Assembly (NCBI RefSeq): GCF_001194135.2
Contig: NC_068982.1
Location: forward strand, 94,034,668 to 94,071,023
Reading direction: 5' to 3'
DNA: 36,356 nucleotides
From: Octopus bimaculoides
Lineage: Eukaryota
Positions 1-12,423 of the stretch are shown one piece after another (the first letter of the stretch is position 1; every line of letters starts with the position of its first letter). The notes beneath the pieces are model-generated. The model saw only the letters and a program-made list of their open reading frames with translations. It was not told where the DNA came from and searched no databases. The position numbers and the translations under genes were made by a program.

Positions 1-572
1 CTTGAAGACACCTACATCCACCGCATGCAGGTCTCTCAGGTCCTTCGGGAGGATATTGAAGAGCTGTGGACCTTTGAAGCCCAGGCTATTGCAGTATCTT
101 GTCCTACATCTTGATGGCAAATTTGGAGTCCTTGGCACTATGCAATGGCGTCCAGTTCTTTTATTTGTGTAACTTTCGATGCCAAAGTTTGGGACAATAC
201 CTTCGAGGATCTTCCAGATGTATATTATGGCATATCTTTCTCGTCTACGCTCTAAGGAATAGAGTCTTAATCTCTTCAGTCTTTCCCAATAGCTTGTATG
301 CTGCATAGAGGCTATGTTCTTCGTGTAGCTTCGTTGGATTGCCTCAAGTTCTGAGATTAATTTGACACTGGTTGGTGACAATAGCTGAGAGCAATAGTCA
401 AAGTGGCTTAGAACAAGTGTCTTCCAGAGCACCACCATGGTTTCCTGATCTCTTGTTCTAAAAGTCCTCAGAATCTATCCGGTCAGTCGCCTGCATTTCA
501 TTGACAATTTAGCAACATGAACATGAAAGGATGCATTATTACTCATGTAAATGTCCAGGTCTCGCACTGTCT
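1..572 (-). mobile_element. CR1-type (CR1/L2 group) LINE, ORF2 C-terminal part, 5'-truncated, runs off window start
   Basis: Manual minus-strand translation: VRDLDIYMS...KCRRLTG*ILRTFRTRDQETMVVLWKTLVLSHFDYCSQLLSP...LEAIQRSYTK...SYWERLKRLRLYSLERRRERYAIIYIWKILEG...YCNSLGFKGPQLFNILPKDLR. This is the typical post-RT region of CR1-group LINEs. One TAG (likely from TGG) at 475-477. Confidence 0.85.
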
Positions 573-574
573 CT

Positions 575-576
575 GC

Positions 577-608
<32 letters not shown>

Positions 609-680
609 CATATCTATAATATATGCATAAACACACACACGCACGCACACACACACACACACACACACATATACATATAT
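575..680. repeat. Compound microsatellite (CT)n-(TA)n-(CA)n
   Basis: Directly visible. Confidence 0.95.
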
Positions 681-803
681 CAAGAAGACTGTAGGAGTTG
701 CAGATAACGCTAAGTAAGTGCTGTGGACAGACCGTAGTTAAACTCTTTGTTCGATAGTGATACCGGTGAGTAGTCTAATGTGCGTCTTGTATTAGTATGC
801 ATA

Positions 804-922
804 NNNNNNNNNNNNNNNNNNNNNNNNNNNNNNNNNNNNNNNNNNNNNNNNNNNNNNNNNNNNNNNNNNNNNNNNNNNNNNNNNNNNNNNNNNNNNNNNN
901 NNNNNNNNNNNNNNNNNNNNNN
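804..922. other. Assembly gap (N run)
   Basis: N bases; other gaps at 6758-6973, 8306-8388, 25164-25397, 28099-28795, 30172-30276. Confidence 1.
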
Positions 923-939
923 TATATATATATATATAT

Positions 940-2290
940 TAGACAAAATGTGATAATAAAGCCAAGGCTGTGAGGATTTTTCAGGACATTTACAAAGAAA
1001 AAGACATAAGCAAAGATATTTTCGACAAAATAATACCAATCATCAAGGAGAGAGTAAACGTCAACTTATGGTCCAGTACAGGTGAAGTTATAACATGGCT
1101 CCATCTCTTAAACAAGAAGAGCTCTTATTCTTTCCTACAATTCGATATAAATAATTACTACTCTTATATTTTCCCCAAACTTCTTAATCAAGCTCTCCTT
1201 CTAGCTAGGAAACTAACTAACCTTACCCCACTAAAAATTAACAGAATCTTTACTGCCCGTAAAACCATTATTTCTTTTGAGGACAAACTCTGGTGCCGGC
1301 CCAATCACCATAACAACACCAATAGCCATAGCAATTTATTTGACATTACCATGGGATTATCCGACTCCGCCCATGTCACCGACCTCCTTGGACTATACAT
1401 ACTCCTCCATCTCCAAGTACATTTCCCTAAACTCAAAGGAGGCCTCTAAAGAGATGACGCCTTGCTAGTCACTAAGAGCATCAATAAATCCTCTTTAGAA
1501 CGAGCTAGAAAAGATCTACACAAAATTTTCCCTAGCCTAAACCTGTGTATTACTTTTGAAAATTCTCACAAAACTAACTTTTTAGACGTAACTTTAAACT
1601 TAGAAACCTCCCAAAACTCCCCTTATCACAAACCTAAACAATACCTTAAACACTTAAACATTCATTCCAATCACCACAGATCCACCTTTGATAACATAAT
1701 CAAGGGTATCACGATCCATATATATCTGACTTTTCTTCCACTGAGGAAATATTCAATAACCACGCACCGTATTACAACCAACCGGTCGCTGCCATCGGCT
1801 TCTCCCAACAAATAAAATACATCACTAGTACTAGGCTCAAGCAACATATATCTCAAATCACAACGCAACGATACACCAACCATCAGAATCACAACAGACC
1901 ACACATACACTATGCTAGAACCTCGGGAGAACCCGCATTAAGACAACCCAAACCCCACACGCACACTTATAACTCTAGGTCAAAACTAAAACAGCTAAAG
2001 CAGCTGACAACAACGGGCCAAGCTACTCCCTTCCATTTTCCAAAAATATAGATAGCACTACCTCTAAGCACCCCCAAAAATGTGGCGGACGTTCTATTAT
2101 ATAGTATATACCCCTCTTCGCACTAAACGTTAAGAGCTTAGCTAAATCCTTCTTTAATATACTGGGCTCCAACTTCCCTCGTCAACCTAAATATCACTCT
2201 ATATTTAATAGATCTACCCTGAAGCTATCCTATTCCACCCCACCCAACTTCGAGTCTATCATAGCAGTCTGGAATAAACAAAAGCCTTTT
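940..2290 (+). mobile_element. Penelope-like element, degenerate RT and post-RT linker
   Basis: ORFs 970-1449 and 1462-1815 share a frame. Motifs FLQFDINNYYS, FDITMG.SDSAHVTDLLGLYIL, GL*RDD (GLYRDD, stop at 1447-1449) and NFLDVTLNL...PYHKP...HSNH. At about 2080-2285: RSII*YIPLFALNVK...HSIFNRSTLKLSYS..PNFESII, matching the PLE IIWFNPPF...IFNRNT.K.SYS motif. No GIY-YIG domain seen. Confidence 0.85.
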
Positions 2291-2454
2291 CTCTACTATC
2301 AAAACTCCCACTATAACAATTCTGAATACACGAGCACCCAGCATACACACAGCTCCAGCATTGAACCCCATACGTTAGACCACAACGATAACCTAACCTA
2401 TCCTACTAACACTATCCAAAATGCTGTCACAACTTCCAACACCGTTAGAGATAG

Positions 2455-2512
2455 CATAATTAACAACAACGATAGTAATAATAACGATAATGGTAATAAT
2501 AATACTAATAAC
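2455..2512. repeat. Degenerate (AAC/AAT)n trinucleotide tract
   Basis: Directly visible. Confidence 0.8.
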
Positions 2513-3249
2513 GTAGATGAAAATTATCAATTTTAGATTTCATTTCGAATGTTAATACATTGATAAAACGCTCGTAAGATATTTCAAAGTTTTTTTAATA
2601 ATCGTACTTTATATATTTATATATTTATCTATTAATACAATATTATTTTGGACGTATATCTTCTGTGATGATGTTTTGATGTAAAGTTTTCTGCTCTTAC
2701 TTTATAATATATAATCGCTCTTATTAAATGTCTAAATACCTTTAAGGTTTTAGACATTTCCCTACCAAGAGCACTTATTCGAAATTCAGTATACTGTATT
2801 CTCATTGAATATATTCGATTAACTATATATATATTAATATTTTCTGCAATCTCATGTAGATATTATTTATAATATATGTACACATATATACATACATGCA
2901 TACACACACATATTTTATTCATTTCTTCCCCACACATCTGACCTCTCGCACATACTATTGAATGTGTGTTAGTCTTCTGACATTTCCGCTAACATATCGT
3001 ATTTCTGCTACCAATAATAATGGTTTCTGATTTATACACAAGGTCAGCAATTTTGAGATGAGCGAGTTTGTCGTGTATACTCATTCCAGCTTTTAGACTG
3101 GTACATTTAAGAATCTATTCAGATTGGTCCTTTGTGTACAATGTATTTCATTGTGTTAAGATTGGTAATTTACAATGTATCTTGATTAGTATTTTATCTA
3201 GAATCTATTTAGCTTTGCACTTTATTTACAATGTAGTCAAACTGAATAA

Positions 3250-3962
3250 AAATTGCGCCAACTAACGGCTTAATTCAAGAAGAACAGAAAGTGATTCCTT
3301 CTACGTAGTAATCGGAGAACCCAAACGAAGAATCCTAAAGAGAACGTAGTGTTCAGAACTAGAACAAAACTCACCATAACAAATATGACAGCGTATGAAG
3401 TTAGCAGACATATTTTTCTCTGTATCATACTATTACTTCCAGCAAGCATGAAAGAATTTCGAAAGGTTAGTATCGTGCACTGATTTTGCAACAAACAACG
3501 GTACCTTTAAGATGATTTTCTTTGATAAATTCATTGACGACACGCTGAAGCAGAGGTGCAGCAATTGTAGCGTTCATAGCCACTCGAGTAAATTGATACA
3601 TCCCTGCAGCTGCTTAGAAATCTGTGCATGGTCTTTCCATAATAATAAGTGCTACTTAGATCAATTTTACTATATCATTTGTTTGGCTATAACATTGACC
3701 AGATCATCTATACAGGGAATTGGATAAGCATCAAGCTCTGTAAAATGGTTGACAGCTTGAGAGAAATCGAATATAAGTATTTTTTAAAACCAGAATTGCC
3801 CGTAACACACAAAATCTATGCCTGCCATTGTGAATTACTTGATTCTTTGATATCTTTTCTTATTAAAAGGTTTGGAATTTCTGTATCCATAGCTTTATTT
3901 CCTACACTATATTGGCAAAGTTTAGTTGCAATAGGTTTGCAGTTTCCAGTAAGTTTGTGAAA
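3250..3962 (-). mobile_element. Ty3/Gypsy LTR-retrotransposon pol (RT) relic
   Basis: Minus-strand translation with stops and frameshifts: LTGNCKPIATKLCQYS...IKESSNSQWQA*IL (cf. CKPIATKSRRYS...IEPSxSPWRAQ), NHFTELDAYPIPCIDDLVN (~3700-3745), KIDLSSTYY, MYQFTRVAM...LQRVVNEFI. No LTR recognised. Confidence 0.75.
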
Positions 3963-3994
3963 AGTTTTTATTAGGTTTCTCCCTCAACTGTAAT

Positions 3995-4251
3995 AAAAAA
4001 AAATTGAGCCCTTTTAAAGCCTAGCTAGGCTCATGGGCCCGGTTTCCCGGTTTCTATGGTGTATGTGTTCCCCAGCTGGACGGGACCCCAGTCCATCGCA
4101 GAGTTACTCATTTTTGCCAGCTGAGTGGACTGGAGCAACGTGAAATGAAAAGCTTTGCTCAAGAACACAACGCGTCACCCGGTCCAGGAATCGAAACTAC
4201 AATCTAACGATCTTGATGTTGACATCCTAACCACTAAGCCACCCGCCTCCA
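3995..4251 (-). mobile_element. tRNA-derived SINE with CORE-like central domain and 11-bp TSD
   Basis: Sense strand: A box TGGCTTAGTGG, B box GTTTCGATTCC, then CTTGAGCAAAGC...CACTCAGCTGGCAAAAATGAGT (CORE-like). Direct repeat TCAACTGTAAT at 3984-3994 and 4252-4262. Confidence 0.85.
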
Positions 4252-5954
4252 TCAACTGTAATTAAGTGAACCATAAATAAAAAAAAAATACTCATGATTG
4301 ATAAATGACTCTAATTGTTTACTTAATTAAAAAATTATTATAGCGTAATCATATCGGAACAAAGTTGTGGAAGATTAGAAAGTCATGTTTTTATTCTCAT
4401 TTAAGTATTTTAACAATATGCGCTCCGTTAATTAGTGGTGTTATGGAATTTACCACGGAAACAACATCAATTTTTAGATATGTTTTCACTGCTATTTCAT
4501 TTAGCTGATTTTTTACATTAAATTTTCTGATGAATCTATATCTATGATAATTTTGATTCCTTTGTCAATAATTTTCTCCATCATCGAAGATGAAATAGGC
4601 TCGTAACAGAACATACAGTTACCAGAAGAAAAAAAAAAATGATTAAAACTGCATAATTGACAATAGTGTCTTACATTGTGAGATAGTAAAGTTGTAGTAA
4701 TAAATTTTCAATAAGTAGATCAGTATCCTATTTTGTTTTACATATCCAACAACCAGCCCTTTTAAGTGGACATCAGATATGGATGTAGATCTTCGAGTTG
4801 CCACAGACAAAAACACTTTGTCTAAGGTTTAGGTCTTGCTGTGGAGGTAGACGTGGTTTGTTCACTAGAGTGGAAGATATTAATACTGTGACCTACCTAT
4901 CCATTTGCACTTTCGGCAGATGGCAGATGTTCGAGTTTCTACTAAAAAAAAATAAAGACAGCACGCTTTCCAAGATTCACAGTCTACCTTCTTCAAATTC
5001 ATTATTGTGCATGATAAATTAAGATCCAGATAATATTCTTCAATCGATTTAAAAGAGATGTTACCAGCAGCCGAAAGATGATATAAGGACATAATTTTAT
5101 ATAGCTAAGTAGTTCTTAAATCCAATGTTTTCTTATTTAAGATGGTAGAATATGATTTGAGAGAGGTTTGGCAGCTATTTCTAGTCGACCATGCAACTAC
5201 GTCGAGGTGCCCCATCACGTTACATGAATGAGTGAAATTTTGACGTAGTAAGTAGCCACTTGGTATGGCCTAAGAAAAATCTTTTACTTTTTTCTACCAG
5301 ATTGATCATATTATATCCGGAGTGAGGTAAATCATCGAATCGTTGAATTGTATAAAGTTAGGGTTAACATATTCAAATTTGATGCAAGTGGCAGTAAAAA
5401 TCTAACCAGAGATAATAATGCGGTAAAACAAAACAATATTTGTAACAATATTTGTAAATATATTTTATTTCAGTAACAACGGCTAACAACTTAGGGCATG
5501 TTTTGGTCTTACGGCTATCCTCAGCGGCGCATAGACTTCACTGCACTGACTAGAATAGGGAGGGAAAAATCAGTAAATATACTCGTACTAAAATTGTTTA
5601 GATAATAGATTACTCAAAAACGCCATCATATTTGTGAATTTGAATAAGTTTCCCTCGCAAGAATAAAAGACTAACAAATAACAACTTGAATGAATGGCTG
5701 AATAAATAAATTAGTCAATGAAACAATAAACGAATAAAAGAAAGATACAAAGAAAGAAAAAAATCTATATTTATTGCAAAGTGGAGTTGGATGTAAAATT
5801 AAGAGAAATGTGAAACCCGATTCCTGCTTACTTGTTACTGAGATGCGATCTGCGGCAAAAGTAGAAGATAAATCCCTTGTAACCTAGGTTGTATACCATT
5901 GCAATAAATCAAAAGAAGACATATTAGTCGATTAGCAAACGATAAGGCAATAAA

Positions 5955-6275
5955 AAACAACAACAACAACAACATCAATAGCATCATTAATAATGGTGAC
6001 AACAACCACGATGACGACGACATTTAAAAAGGAGAGAGAGAAAAAAAATGGACGAACATTAAGAAGGACAAGACAGCAGCAACGCCGCCGACGACGATAG
6101 TGAAGACGAAGATGACTGCAATAGTAATATAGCGACAAAGACCAAGGCGATAACAGAAGCAGTTACAACGACACCGATAACAGTATCATCATCATCAGCA
6201 GCTGCATCAACAACGACAACTACACAATATCAACAGCGATAGTAATGACAATATTAACAAACAACAGTAATAACA
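5955..6275. repeat. Degenerate trinucleotide tracts (AAC, GAC, CAT, CAG)
   Basis: Directly visible low-complexity runs. Confidence 0.8.
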
Positions 6276-6979
6276 ATCATTCTCACAAGGGTCCATGCAT
6301 ACAAGCAAAATGAATCAAGGAAATATTCGTACACGGAGGAGGTAGCTATTCCACCATAGTCCACCATCGGAAACAGACAACCTGTGTGTATATACGACGG
6401 TGAAACTTCAACGCAATTAATAATTAGTACTGAAACCTATGCGATACAATTGTCGCGGTGTCGAGCACATGTAATCATATCTGAATATATATATATATAT
6501 ATATACTTCATTAGAAATGCAGAGACGCCTATAATAGGACATCTACTCGCTAGAAATAGCAGCAAAAATACTACATACCACAAAAAATTAGACATAAAAA
6601 CACGAACCATGCTGCGTACTGATTCGTGCTTCATATGTTGTCTGGTCAATTCTGCTGACGATAGTCTGACCTTGTAAGATATAATCTTTATCTTACTAAA
6701 ATTGACTTGAAACCATGGTACAGAATATAGATTGGTAAAAGTTTTTATTTTTCATTTNNNNNNNNNNNNNNNNNNNNNNNNNNNNNNNNNNNNNNNNNNN
6801 NNNNNNNNNNNNNNNNNNNNNNNNNNNNNNNNNNNNNNNNNNNNNNNNNNNNNNNNNNNNNNNNNNNNNNNNNNNNNNNNNNNNNNNNNNNNNNNNNNNN
6901 NNNNNNNNNNNNNNNNNNNNNNNNNNNNNNNNNNNNNNNNNNNNNNNNNNNNNNNNNNNNNNNNNNNNNNNNNTTAGAT

Positions 6980-7560
6980 GTATAAAAGATAAAAAAGAGT
7001 GAAAAAACTACAGAAGGGTTGTGTTATATGGTTAAAGTATATATTTAAATCGTTATGTTAGAAAAATGTTATAAGAATTTTGAGTATAGAAACATTGTTT
7101 TTGGAGAAATAACCGGTTTCGTATTGTCTTTTCAAATTTCTCTCCCTGTATCGTAACATGTTTTCGCTATGGTGTAAAATATGGAGTTCTAGATAGGGGA
7201 AGGTAATCAGGGATTTTTCCGGTATAAGGGAGATAATCAAAAATGTTGGGGATGAAAAGGTTTGATTAATTTAACATGATTTGGTTTAGAAGGAATAGAA
7301 TGTTACAAGTGGTTAGGTTTTGCTTTATATTTTTTTCAATAAGGTGAGTTTCCTTATTTAAAAATGTTAGAAATGGTTAAGTTTTGGCTTATATTTTTCA
7401 ATGAAGAAGGTTTTCTTATTTAATCTAATTTGTGTTGGTGTTCCAATGGCACATTGATAGAATGGAAAGATTATAAATTGTGGTAGCATTTGTTTTGCGC
7501 ATTTCTCAATATATTCACTAAAGGGTAAAGGGTATCATTCTGTATTCTGGGAGAGGTGCA
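6980..7560 (-). mobile_element. Penelope-like element 3' end (GIY-YIG C-terminus plus 3' UTR/pseudo-LTR)
   Basis: Minus translation PEYRMIPF/SEYIEKCAKQMLPQFIIFPFYQCAIGTPTQIRLNKKTFFIEKYKPKLNHF*, matching the PLE terminal motif FPFY...R..KE..FI.KFKP.LN. Confidence 0.75.
7104..7142 (-). ncRNA. Candidate minimal type-I hammerhead, U3:A8 variant
   Basis: GAGAAAU-UUGAAAA-G(ACAAUA)C-GAAA-CCGG-UU-AUUUCUC: 7-bp stem I, 1-bp stem II, palindromic stem III; about 250 nt downstream of the PLE stop. Confidence 0.4.
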
Positions 7561-8250
7561 GCCGGAGTGTAGAAGGTTCAAAAGAGTGTAGAAAGGTAGA
7601 AAGTCTAGTGGAGAAGTTCGTGGTTGATGAGAGGAGACAGGATAGATAGATAGATAGATAAGTATGAAAAAATGAAAAATGTAGACATAGATACAGTGCA
7701 TGTGTTTATTTAAGCCGTTGTAGTGTTTATGTGTCTCTATTTTGCCCTTTGACGTAGCGATTCGACAAACAAATTGAAATAAACCTAATTGAAATAAGTA
7801 CAGCTTTACTTATGATTGAGTAGACCATTAAAGGCAAGCCTATATCATTGGCGTACTCATATAAGTGACATCAGCAAAGGAGAATTTGAATAATATATAT
7901 AGTATTCCAGTATGGGCTTAGTCGTGATGACTTCGATATGCTAAAGCACATAAAACTATCATTTTGTTTTTATATCATGTTGTTACTCGCTCTCTCACTG
8001 CTTCCCTTCCATTACCGCATCTCTCTTTCTCTTTCTCTGTCCATTAAACATTATATCTGTTTCTCTACTCCCACCCTCTCTCTCGCCCCTTCCTTGTTTT
8101 TGCTTTCAGTAAGATGATCAGATGTCGCCTTCCAATGTCATTATAAATAAGACACTTAATAGCAGCTGCTCAATCAAGTGACTGATGACAAATGAATGAA
8201 CGTACGAACGAATAACACCACCACCACCACCACCGTCGTCACCGCCGACA

Positions 8251-8259
8251 CTACCATCG

Positions 8260-8305
<46 letters not shown>

Positions 8306-8368
8306 NNNNNNNNNNNNNNNNNNNNNNNNNNNNNNNNNNNNNNNNNNNNNNNNNNNNNNNNNNNNNNN

Positions 8369-8420
<52 letters not shown>
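8251..8420. repeat. (CA)n microsatellite spanning a gap
   Basis: Directly visible. Confidence 0.95.
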
Positions 8421-8424
<4 letters not shown>

Positions 8425-9588
8425 GCACAAAGTTAAACACATAGAGACACAAGCAAATGAATACATGCAAACATGAATACACAACTGGCTTGTTTATAAT
8501 ATTCAGTTGAATTCTATGATGCCATTTGCTTCAATTATGAATCGTTTGATGAGTCTTATGAATCGTTTGATCAGCAATAATGGGAAATGCAGCCGCAAAT
8601 GCGACAAAAGAAGCACGGCGGACACCGTCTGTTCTAAACCAAACGTGTAGCTTCACTAAAGAAGAAACTACGGAAGCTTAGATACTTAATTGAATCAGAC
8701 GCGTATTATACTCCAACCGTCAGAACAAAGACGAATACCCCTGAAATCAAAGATTCGTGTGAAGTAGATAAATCAATTAGCAAGGATGAATCGAGGCGAC
8801 TGGTATATATCTGCCAGATACAGAAACCGCCATGAAGCTCGTCATCACACCTCTTTTTCTTCTTCTCTTCCTATCCTCTATCTTCCTGTACTTATCCACA
8901 TGGTAGCAGGATAATGCAGTAAAGACGCATTCACCACAGCTAAGGAGCCCTGTCTAACCATTTTCGAGACAAATGTTCTACCAAATCTTCATTTTCCTAG
9001 AAGTGGTTTTACAGGGTATTTGCCGAATATCTAATGTATTTCTATCTCTTTGCGTACTGTTACCAGGCTCATTGCCCCTATCCTTGTTTCATTAGTCTTG
9101 GAAGGTCTGAAGAAATTTTAAAAGGGTCATGGACTCTACCGTTCCTTCCTTGTCGAAGACATTGAAAAGAGTAGAGAAAAGAAATAAAAGAGGTGCATTA
9201 TTGTGGTGAAGTGCTATCTATATTAACTTTGAGTTGACCTATGTCATGTGAATGAAATAAAATCGTCAGAAACTGTGCAGAAGATCATCAGGTATTCTAT
9301 TCTCAGATTGATAGACTTCATTTATCACTGAATTTCAAACCATCGTCTTGTTCTTGGATAGCTTTAGTAGAGTCCCCGCTGTTGAAAGTGTTTATATTAG
9401 ATCTCTAAATGAAGAGTAATCTATGAGTCATGGTTTCTTCCTATTGTTTTTATCCTCTTAATTTTCTAGCAAACCAAGATAGCCTAACGGGTGCAGCGGC
9501 TTAGTCGGTGATGAACAGACATGTAAGAGATTGTACTGAAGTATAGATGATCTGTAGCACATAAATCAAATACCCACGTGCACCCACG

Positions 9589-9591
<3 letters not shown>

Positions 9592-9634
<43 letters not shown>

Positions 9635-9636
9635 CA
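9592..9636. repeat. (CA)n microsatellite
   Basis: Directly visible. Confidence 0.95.
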
Positions 9637-9800
9637 TTTATGTATACATAAATACATGCGTACATAAATATTATTAGTTCATCCGACGTTGTTGACGATA
9701 ACCAAGTACATCACCTAGGAGAACAAAAAATGGGGCACGGTGCTTCCCGCTGTGGCCAGTGAGTCCAATGCGTACTTGGAAGGCTCTGCAGCAGGTCAGA

Positions 9801-9872
9801 CACTAGTGATCTGTTTGGATCAGACAATGGTGATCTGTTGGGATCAGGTACTGGTGATCTGTTTGGACTGAA
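9801..9872 (-). repeat. 24-bp unit x3 inside RTE, just before the zinc finger
   Basis: Units start at 9801, 9825 and 9849; they encode VQTDHQYL IPTDHHCL IQTDH*CL. Confidence 0.85.
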
Positions 9873-12255
9873 TACAGCGACTTGAATTTGGACTTGCATA
9901 CTTCGTGTTTTTTCTTTGTGCACCTGAAATCCTGTTCTGTTCGTAGGAGGTGGCACCTCTGTTGACGAATCTTCGGTCATGTGCTCTTGTCTTTCAAGTA
10001 TCGGGGTTGATCTCAAAGCTCTTCAGTGAGGCTTTGAGTGTGTCCTTGAAGCGCTTTTTCTATCCATCTTGTGTGTGCTTACCTTCTGCAGTTCGCTGTA
10101 AAACAGTCTCTTGGAGAGTCGTGTGTCAGGCATTCGAACACGGTGGCCTGCCCATCTGACCAGCGCTCTTCTCAGCAGTGTGTAAAGGTTTGGCAGATCA
10201 GCTCCAAAGAGGATCTACATATCTGGGATCTTGTCTTGCCTGGTGATTTTTAACAGCTTTCTCAGGCAGTGTATGTGGGAACGGTTTACCTTTTTGCGTA
10301 GCGTTCGTAAACCGTCCAAGATTCGGAGGCATATAATAGTGTAGACTTGGTACACTTCAACTTGTTGGTCAGCCTAATGCCTCTCTTTCTCTCACAGTGA
10401 TTCCCGTAGCTGCTCGAATGCTGAGTTTCCCTTGGAGATGCATATGTCGACTTCTTCGTCAATGCTCAGCAATCTAGAGAGTGTGCTGCCGATGTATGTG
10501 AACTTATAAATGACTTTCAGGGTTTCCTGTTCAATAGTGATAGTTGGTTCCACATACAACTTCTGCGGTGCAAGTTGGTGCATGACCTCTGTCTTCTGAG
10601 TCTTGATTGCGAAGCTAAAGCTGTTGCAGGCAGTAGAAAATAGTTCATGCTGTTGCACCTCTGTGGTGAGTGTGCCATCGTTTGTGAGCAGGAACTCGTA
10701 CGCTGAGTTCTATTCCATTTTGGTCTTTGTAGCCTTCGTAGGCTGAAGAGTCTGCCATCAGTCATAAATCTGATCTTGATGCTGGTTTCGTTGTCGTTGT
10801 AGAAGGCATCCGACTGCATGGCTGAGAACAACATGCTAAACAGCATAAGAACAAGTACACAATCCTGTTTCAATCCGTTAATAATTGGAAATGCATCGGG
10901 AAAATCTCCATTGTTCAGTTTTCGAACGCGAATGCCATCATGAAACTGTCGTATCATGCCGATGAATTTGTCCGGGCAGCCCATCACTACTGACGCTATC
11001 AAAAGGTCTTGGTTAAGCCTATAAACGTAGGATATAGATCCCTGTTGTGTGTCTGGCACTCCTGAAGTTGGCATGCAGCAGGGAACATGCCGGCTGTCCA
11101 CGGTCTTCTCTAAAGTCACTCTGACTTTCTGGTAGATGACTGCCTTCCATGTACTGAGTGAAGTGGTTAGGACACTTGCGAGAATTTTACCAGCGATGAC
11201 AGGGAGAGAAATTACTCGATGGTTGTCAGAGGATGTTTGTTTCCCTTTCCCTGGTGCAGATGGACAATAGAAGCGACTTTGAGCCCCTCGAGGAACAACT
11301 TCTTGTTGCTACATGATCTGAAAAAGATTGGCGAGTTTCTGCGCCACAACCAATCTCCCTCGCCTTGTATATTTCAGTTGGGATGGAGTCAGGGCCTGGT
11401 GCCTTGCCATTTGAGAGACGCTTAATTGTTTTTTAGACCTCTGCTTCTGTGGGAGTGTTGACGTTAACTTGGAGCATGTGATCAATGTCCTCAGCCTTGA
11501 TAGAGGAAGGCATGTTCAGGACGAAGTGCTCTGCCGACCTTTCCAAGTTTGCGTTTTTGTCAGTAAGGAGAAATGTCTCATCAGCACTGAGCAGTGGTGA
11601 TGTTCCAGAGGGCTGTGGTCCGTAGATCACTTTCAGAGTATCATAGAAACGTTTAGAGTTGTTGCTGTCAGCGTACTTCTGTATTTGATCCACCTTGTTG
11701 CTGAGCCAGGAATCTTGCATCTCTCTGAGCTTTACTTGCAGCTTACTTTTGGTAGCGTTGTAGATTGCTTTCTTGGAAGTCGATGTGCTGTCTTGCTGAG
11801 AGACTTTATAGGATACATGCTTCTCATTGACCAGCTTCTGAATTTCTTCATCGTTATCGTCGAACCGGTCATGGTGTCTGTGCGTGTTCTGGCCCAGATG
11901 CGTGAGTGCAGTGTTGCACACTATGTCTCTGAACACCACCCACTCCTCCTCTATTCCCTTTGTATCAACATCGACTTGGCTCGACTTGCTATCCAAGTCC
12001 TCGCTGGGTTTCTGTATCACATTGTACTATTCCAATTTGCTGATGTTTAGACGCTTGTTTATCGGATGTGCACGTCGAGTTTTGCGAGGAGGCGTCTATG
12101 ATCTGTCTTGCATTCTGCACCACACATGGCCTTTGTTTCTCTAATATCTCTTTTCCTGACTTTGACGTTGTCAGTAAGATGCCAATGTTTGCTGCGTGGA
12201 TGCATCCAGGACTTCCTTTTGCGTTTGGGCAGGTGAAACCTTGTGTTGGTGAACA

Positions 12256-12294
12256 ACAGGTCTTCAGCACAGGTCTTCAGCACAGGTCTTCAGC
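12256..12294. repeat. 13-bp perfect tandem x3 (ACAGGTCTTCAGC) near the RTE 5' truncation
   Basis: Directly visible. Confidence 0.95.
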
Positions 12295-12370
12295 AGTAGA
12301 TGACCGTCGCTGTATGAAAATAACAAAGAAACACGGCTATTGAAAAAATATTTACATATTCCGCTCGCAG

Positions 12371-12373
<3 letters not shown>

Positions 12374-12419
<46 letters not shown>

Positions 12420-12423
12420 TCAC

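Larger units (their letters stand above)
9670..12312 (-). mobile_element. RTE-clade (BovB-like) LINE, 5'-truncated within the endonuclease, frameshifted
   Basis: EN motif LLLKTCAE...SWMHPRSKHWHL (ORF 12059-12283). Linker EEEWVVFRD...RHHDRFDDNDEEIQKL...YADSNNSKRFY (11433-12020). RT motifs GCPDKFIGMIRQFHDG, NGLKQDCVL, YKFTYIGSTLS. Terminal C2H2 CLTCCRAFQVRIGLTGHSGKH. 3' end GTTATCGTCAACAACGTCGGATGAAC-(TAA)n. Confidence 0.93.

Noticed and set aside
2558-2600. TTGATAA after the first PLE as another U3:A8 core
   Set aside because: No GAAA or stem I can be built downstream.
5494-5530. Minus-strand CUGAGGA-U-AGCC(GUAA)GACC-AAAA-CAUG hammerhead-like remnant
   Set aside because: G12 is lost, stem II is mismatched and there is no stem I pairing. 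Probably a dead PLE terminus, but not supportable as a ribozyme.
6654-6685. CTGACGA-T-AGTCTGAC hammerhead-like start
   Set aside because: No GAAA, stem III or stem I follows.
8480-9300. Higher-complexity unique stretch as a host exon
   Set aside because: All frames I translated hit stops and showed no recognisable motif.
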